In this document: piece by piece, positions 57,239 through 64,000 of the stretch
How positions within the stretch are numbered: position 1 is the stretch's first letter
Layout: every line of letters begins with the position of its first letter
Assembly: GCA_030390025.1 (NCBI GenBank)
Contig: CM059431.1
Location: 156,242,001-156,306,000 of the forward strand
DNA: 64,000 bases
Origin: Squalus acanthias
Taxonomy: Eukaryota
Reading direction: 5' to 3'
Position numbers and translations under genes: made by a program
Notes under the pieces: model-generated
Seen by the model: only the letters and a program-made list of their open reading frames with translations
Databases searched by the model: none
Told to the model about the DNA's origin: nothing

Positions 57239-60200
57239 ATGAGAGATTGGGTCGATTGGGCTTATACTCACTGGAGTCTAGAAGAATGAGAGGGGATCTC
57301 ATCGAAACATGTAAAATTCTGACAGGTCTGGACAAACTAGACGCAGGTAGAATGTTCCCGATGGTCGGAGAGTCCAGAACCAGGGGTCATAATCTACGGA
57401 TAACGGGTAAACCATTTAGGACAGAAATGAGGAAGAATTTCTTCACCCAGAGAGTGGTGAACCTGTGGAATTCTCTACCACAGAAGGTAGTTGAGGCGAA
57501 GTCATTAAATATATTCAAGGATGAGTTAGAAATATTTCTTAAAGCTAAAGGTATCAAGGGATATGGGGAGAAGGCAGGTACGGGGTACTGAGTTTATATG
57601 ATCAGCCATGATCTCATCGAATGGCGGAGCAGGCTCGAGCGGCCGAATGGCCTACTCTTGCTCCTATCTTCTATGTTTCTATGTTTCTATGATTATCAAA
57701 ATCCACGACAAGGTCTTGGACAACGTGGACCGTTTTCCATACCTCGGGAGCCTACTGTCAACAAGGGCAGACGTCGACGATGAAGTCCAACACCGCCTTC
57801 AGTGTGCCAGTGCAGCCTTCGGTCGCATGAGGAAGAGAGTGTTTGAAGACCAGGACCTCAAACCCAGCAATAAGCTCATGGCCTACAGAGCAGCAGTTAT
57901 GCCCGCCCTGCTTTATGCCTCAGAGACATGGACCATTTACAGCAGGCACCTCAAAGCACTGGAGAGGTACCAACAACGCTGCCTCCGAAAAATCCTGCAA
58001 ATCCATTGGCAGGATAGTTGCACCAACGTCAGTGATTTTGCTCAGGCCAACATCCCCAGCATCGAAGATTTGACCACGCTCGATCAGCTCCGATGGACGG
58101 GTCATATTGTACACATGCCCGATTTGGGACACCCAAAACAAGCGCTCTACTCGGAGCTCCGGCACGGAAAGTGTGCCCCAGGTGTGCAGAAGAAACGCTT
58201 CAAGGACACCCTCAAAGCCTCCTTCAAAAAGTGTAACATCCCCACCGACAACTGGGAATCCCTGGCCGAAGACCGCACAAAGTGGAGGAGAGGCAGCCGG
58301 GCAGGCGCCGGACACCTCGAGTTTCTTCGCTGGGAGCAAGCCGAAGCCAAGCCCAGGCAGCACAAAGAGCGCACGTTAACCCAAGCACCCCACCCACCCG
58401 CCCCTTCAAACAACGTCTGCCCCACCTGTGACAGAGACTGTAGGTCCCGCATTGAACTCCTCAGTCACCTGCAACTTCATTTTTAATGTGGAAGCAAGTC
58501 ATCCTTGGTTCCGAGGGACTGCCTATGAAGAAGAAGATTCTATATGCCTCGAAATAGTGAGAGGGAGGTAGAGGAGCAAATCTGCAGGGAAATCGCAGAG
58601 ATATGCCAGAGCTGTTCAGTGGTGATATTCGGGGATTTAAATTTCCCAAATATCGATTGGGATTATGATAGGGTAAAGGGAAAGGAGGTGAGAAATTTCT
58701 GAAATATGTTCAGGAGAATTTCCTTGACCAATATGTTCTTGGCCCAACTAGGAAGGAGGCGTTGCTGGATCGGGTGTTGGGGAATGAGGTGGGCCAGGTG
58801 GACCAAGAGTCTGTGGGAGAACACTTGGGTATGAGTGATCATCGTATCATAAGATTTAGATTAGCAATGGAGAGGAGCAAGGAACAATTCAAGTTGAACT
58901 TCTAAACTGTAATAGGGCTAACTTCAATGGGATGTGAAAGGATCTAGCCAGGGTAAAACGGAACCAAAGACTGAGAGGAAAAACTGTAACGGAACAATTG
59001 ATCATCTGTAAGGAGGAGATGTTCCAAATACAGTCTAGGTAGATTCCAACAAAAGGGAAGGGTAAGGGAACCAAAGCAATGACACCTTGGATGACGAGAG
59101 CGATAGAGAAGACGATGAAACCTAAAAAAAGAGGGAGCATGATGCATGTCAGGTGAATACTTCAAGGTATAACCAGACCTAAAACAATAATTTGAGAGGG
59201 ATGTGAAGCTGAAAATAGGATTGGCAAATAAAAAATATTAGAATAGAATGGCGGTTAGCATAAAAGGGAACCCCAAAATCTTCTACCGGCATGTAAACAG
59301 TAAGTGGGCAGTAAGAGGCGGTGTGGGGCCCATTTGAGACAAAGAAGGAAATATATGCTTTGAGGCGCAGGTCAGGGCAAGAATACTCAATGAATAATTT
59401 GTATCGCTGTTTACTAAGGAGATTTATGTTAAAACAGTATCGGTAGAAGTGGAAAAGTTACAAGCAATGGAAGGGGTGAAAATTGATGGACAGGATGTAC
59501 TGGAAAGGCTGGGTATGCTTAGAGTGGACAAGTCCCCTAGTCCAGATGGCTTGCATCCCAGGTTGCGAAGAGAATTGGGGGAGTAGATAGTGAACGGCTT
59601 GCCATAATTTGCCAATCTTCTCTAGATGCGGGGAAATTCTCTGAGTATTGTAAAGTGGCAAATGTGACACCATTGTCCAAGAAGGGCTTTAAAGACAATC
59701 CTAGTAACTACAGGCTATACAGTTTTTAACATCAGTGGTGGGTAAACTTTTAGAAACAATAATCACGGAAAAAAATAACGGGGATTTGGAAAGGTTTAAG
59801 CTAATTAAGGATGCCAAAACGGGTTTGAATAAGGAAGATCGAGTTTGACTGACCTAAGTGCATTTTTTGATGAAGTAACGGAAAGGTTTGATGAAGGGAA
59901 TGCAATAGATATGATCTACATGGATTTTCGGAAGGCCTTTGACAAAGTACCACAGAGCAGGCTGGATAACAAAATTGAGGTTCGTGGAATAGGTTGGTCA
60001 GTGGCAGTTGCGATAAGGAATTGGCTTAAGGACAGAAAACAGCGAGATTTGGCAAATGGCTGTTTTTCAGACTGGAGCATGGTAGACAGTGATGTTCACC
60101 AAAAGTCAGTACTGGGGCCACTGCTTATTTTGATATATATAAATGACATGGATATTGGAATACAGAGCAGAATTTCTAAATGTATCTATGACATCAAACT

Positions 60201-61110
60201 TGGGGGTTTGTCAAACAGTGACGATGATATCAATCGACTGCAACAGGACATAGAAAGGCTAGCAGAATGGGAAGACAAGTGGCAGATGGAATTTAATAAA
60301 GAGAAGTCTGAGGTGATGCATTTTCTCAGAAGGAACAGGGAAATACTATATATAGTTAATGGCAGATTTTTAAAGAGTGTGTAGTGACAGAGGGACTTGG
60401 GAGTTAATGTGCATAAGTCCCAAAAGGTGGAAGGGCATATTGAGAGAGTGATTAACAAAGCATATGGGTTCTTGGGCTTCAGAAATAAAGGTATTTAGTA
60501 CTAAAGTAGAGAAGTTATGCTTAACCTTTAAAAAGCGTTGGTTAGCCCACAACTGCAGCATTACGTCCAGTTCTGGTCCACACACATTAGGAAGGATGTG
60601 AAGGCCCTTGAGAGGTTGCAGAGGAGATTTGCCAGACTGGTTCCGGGAATGGGGAATCTTAGCTACAAGTACATGTTGGAAAAGCTGGATTTGTTTTCAT
60701 TAGAGCAAAGGAGGTTGAGGGTTGATTTGATGGATGTGTACAAGATGATGACGGGTTTGGATAGGCTATACGGGGAAAGGCTGTTCCCACCAGTTGATGG
60801 TACAAGGACTAGGGGACACAGATTTAATGTTTTGGGCAAGAGATACAGGGGGATTTTTGTGGATTTTTATTTATTATACAGCGAGTGGTGATGACCTGGA
60901 ATTCGTTGCCGATGGAAGTGGTGGAAGCGGAGACACTCAATGTTTTCAAGGGGAGACTGTATAGCCACTTGAGGGAAATAAACTTGCAGGGCTACGGGGA
61001 TAGAGCGGGGGAATGGGACTGACTGGATTGCCCTACAGAGAGCCGGCACGCACTCGTTGGCTGAATAGCCTCCCTCTCTGCCGTTAAAACTCTATGACAC
61101 TATGACTCTA

Positions 61111-61620
61111 GTTTCGGAGACTGTAGCAGGGCACATGGAGTGTGTTTCTGTGGGAGAACATCTGGTTAATAGAGATCATAATATAAGTAGGTTTAAAGAT
61201 GATATTGAAAGTGAAAAATTAAAATCAACGATGTAATACCCAACTGGAATAAAGCTCATTTCAGTGTTTTGAGAATGGAAATGAAGATTGACCATTGGAA
61301 CAGTAAATTAACAAAAACAGACCTTCAACACGGAGACAATTTGTGTATAAACCAGGCAAGTTCCTAAAAGGAGGAAAGATGTGGCGTCCAAATCTAGATT
61401 TCCCAGGATGAAAAAGAAATAAAGGATAAAAGAAAAAAGAAAAAGGAGGTTTATAAAAACTTTCAGGAATAAAATACAATCGAAAACCAGACATAATATA
61501 TAATGCAGAAGAAAATTGAAGCTGGATATAAGAAGGACAAAGACCGATTATGAGAAAATATCAGCAGGTAATATTAAAGGGAAACCAAACATCATTAAAC
61601 ATATAAAAAGTAAAAGGAAT
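61111..61620 (+). mobile_element. Highly degraded CR1 ORF2 fragment
   Basis: SVGEHLVNRDHNI and GNIKGKP-like remnants. Confidence 0.55.
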
Positions 61621-64000
61621 GGTGGATGCGGTATCATAGTGGTTAAGTTACTGGTCAATTAATCCAGGGGCCTGGATAAATGATCCTGTGATATGAGTTC
61701 AAAATCCCAGCATGGCAGCTGGTGAATTTACTTTCAGTTAATTAAAGACATCTGGAATAAAAAGCTACTATCAGTAATGGTAACCATGAAACTATCAGAT
61801 TGTCGTAAAAAAACATCTGGTTCACTAATGTCTTGTCGTGAAGGAAATCCGTCGTCCATACCTGGCCTGGCCTATATGTGACCCCAGACTCATTGCAATT
61901 TGGTTGACACTTAACTACCTTTTGAAATGGCCTGGCAAGCTACTCAGTTGTAACAAACCGCTACGAAGCAAAATAATAAAAATGAAACCTGGCAGACCAC
62001 CCGGCATCGACCTCGGCATCGGCTATGGACACGGCAACGGCACACCCAGCCCAGTCAACCCAAGGCAAAGACATCCTCACCAACATATGGGGACTTGTGC
62101 CAAAATTGGAAGGGCTGTCCCACAGACTAGTCAAGCAATAGCCTGACATAATCATATTCACAGAATCATACCATTCAGCCAATGTCCAAACTATCAACAT
62201 CCCTTGGTATGTCCTGTCCCACCAGCAGGACAGACCCACCAGGGGTGGCGGCACAGTGGTATACAGTCGGGAAGGAGTGGCACAGGGTGTCCTCAGCATT
62301 GACTCCGGAACCCATGAATTGTCATGGCTTCAGGTCAAGCATCGGCAAGGAAAACTCCTGCTGATTACCAACTACCGTGCACCTCAGCTGATGAATGACT
62401 ACTCCGCCATGTTGAACACCACTTGGAAGAAACACTGAGAGTTGCAGCGGCACAGAATGTACTCTGGGTGGGAGATTTAAATGTCCATCAACAAGAGTGG
62501 CTCGGTAGCAACACTACTGACCGAGCTGGCCGAGTCCGAAGGCTTGCGGCAGGTGGTGAGAGAACCAAAGCGAGGGAAAAACCTACTTGACATCGTCCAC
62601 GCCAATCTACCTGTCGCAGATGCATCTGTCAATGACACTGTTGGAAGAAGTGAACACCGCAAAGCCATTGTTGTGACGAAGTCCCGTCTTCACACCGAGG
62701 ACACCCTTCATCGTGCTGTGTGGCACTACCCTCGTGCTAAATGGGATAGATTCAGAACAGATCTTGCAGTACAAAACCGGGCATCCATGAGGTGTTGTGG
62801 GCCATCAGCACCAGCAGAATTGAATTCCAACATAATCTGTAACCTCAAGTCCCGGCACATCCCTCACTCTACCATTATCATCAAGTCAGGGGACCAACAC
62901 GGTTTCAATAAGGAGAGAAGAAGAGCATGCCATGAGCAGCACTAGGTTTGCCTAAAAATTAGGTGCCAAACTAGGGAAGCTGCAACACAGGACTAGATGC
63001 ATGCTAAAAAGCGGGAGCAACATGCTATAGATAGGGTTAAACGACCCCACAATCAGCGGATCAGATAAAAGCTCTGCAGTCCTATCACATCCAGTCGTGA
63101 ATGATGGAGAACCATTAAACAAGTAACGGGCAGAGGAAGCTCTATTAATATCCCCAGCCATAATGATGGTTGATCCCAGCACGTGAGAGCAAAAGACAAG
63201 GCGGAAGCGTTTGCAATCATCTTCAGCCAGAAGTGCCGAGTGGATGATACATATCGGCCTCCTCCTGCCGTCCCCACAATCACAGAAGCCAGTCTTCATC
63301 AAATTCGATTCACTCCACGTGATATCAAGAAACGGCTGAGCGCACTGGATACAGCAAAGGCTATGAGCCCCGACAACTTCCCGGCTATCGTGCTGAAGAC
63401 TTGGGCTACAGAACTAGCTGTGCCTTTGGCCAAGCTTTTCCAGTACAGCTACAACTCTGGCATCTATACGACAATGTGGAAAACTGCCCAGGCATGTCCT
63501 GTCCAAAAAAGCAGGACCAAACCAAACCGGCCAATTACCGCCCCAACTGTCTACTCTCAATTATCAGCAAAGTGATGGAAGGTGTCATCGACAGTGCTAT
63601 CAAGCGGCACTTACTCACCAATAACCAACTCACTGGTGCCCAGTTTGGGTTCCGCCAAGTCCACTCGGCACCCGATCTCATTACAGCCTTGGTCCAAACA
63701 TGGACAAAAGGAGCTGAATTCCAGAGGAGAAGCGAGAGTGACTGCCCTTGGCAACATTTAACCGAGTGTGGCAATGAAGGAGCCCTAGTAAAACTGAAGT
63801 CAATGGGATTCAAGGGAAAAACTCTCCACTGGCTGCAGTCATACCTAGCACAAGGACGATGGTTGTGGTGATTGAAGGTCAATCATCACCGCCCCAGGAT
63901 ATCACTGCAGGACTTCCTCAGGGCAGTGTCCTAGGCCCAACCATCTTCAGCTGCTTCATCAAAGAACTGCCCTCCAAAATAAGGTCAGAAATGGGAATGT
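61621..64000 (+). mobile_element. CR1/L2-group LINE with tRNA-derived 5' head and no ORF1; continues beyond window end
   Basis: A-box-like ggtatcatagtgg and B-box-like gagttcaaaatccc, ~330-nt core, then directly APE (PDIIIFTESY, VGDLNVH, EPKRGKNLLD) and RT (ANYRP, QFGFR, PQGSVLGP) with stops and frameshifts. Confidence 0.8.

Larger units (their letters stand above)
49821..57689 (+). mobile_element. 5'-truncated CR1 LINE (pieces ~49821-52654, 57239-57689) hosting three younger insertions
   Basis: NIQGYSIFRKDR to RT. GMTY|ERLGRLGLYSLE is continuous across the 52655-57238 insert. (ctatgttt)n tail. Confidence 0.9.
44785..58536 (+). mobile_element. RTE-BovB-like LINE with inverted 5' part (minus: 44785-44825 + 48761-49500; plus: 49501-49820 + 57690-58536)
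   Basis: KKGDKSDCGNY, LLPESQCGF, DLTKAFDTV, GCPQKFVTI|LRLLHDDMQAVI (minus); ELQYADD, FPYLGS, ASAAFGRM, LLYASETW, C-terminal CPTC..H (plus). (gaa)n tail. Degenerate TSD attctgtaggcc/attctatatgcc. Confidence 0.88.
44342..61110 (+). mobile_element. Old CR1 LINE in two pieces (44342-44784, 58549-61110), split by RTE
   Basis: AITETWL...ILGVFCRP continues as ..RNSEREVEEQIC at ~58549; RT remnants; (ctatgact)n tail at ~61090-61110. Confidence 0.85.

Overview
Vertebrate genomic DNA, most likely from a shark or other cartilaginous fish (inferred from an HE1-type V-SINE, esterase-ORF1 CR1 LINEs and an NLR of the type typical of that lineage). The great majority of the window is transposable elements. 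The host scaffold is a minus-strand NLR (NACHT) gene. Its NACHT exon (1-786, running off the window) carries stops and frameshifts. Upstream, a two-exon CARD-like module has been tandemly duplicated, giving the order B3 44175-44004, A2 41952-41792, B2 28853-28682, A1 26628-26468, B1 23025-22854. The introns and flanks hold an intact two-ORF Tx1 retrotransposon, a near-intact Harbinger transposon with non-autonomous derivatives and MITEs, many nested CR1 LINEs, an inverted RTE-BovB, Penelope-like elements with hammerhead-like cores, a tRNA-headed LINE lacking ORF1, and satellites. The most unusual structure is a single perfect 17-bp target-site duplication enclosing the Tx1 and a Penelope pseudo-LTR joined head-to-head at the hammerhead-like core. 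All calls come from reading the sequence by eye. No database searches were run, and boundaries of old elements are approximate.
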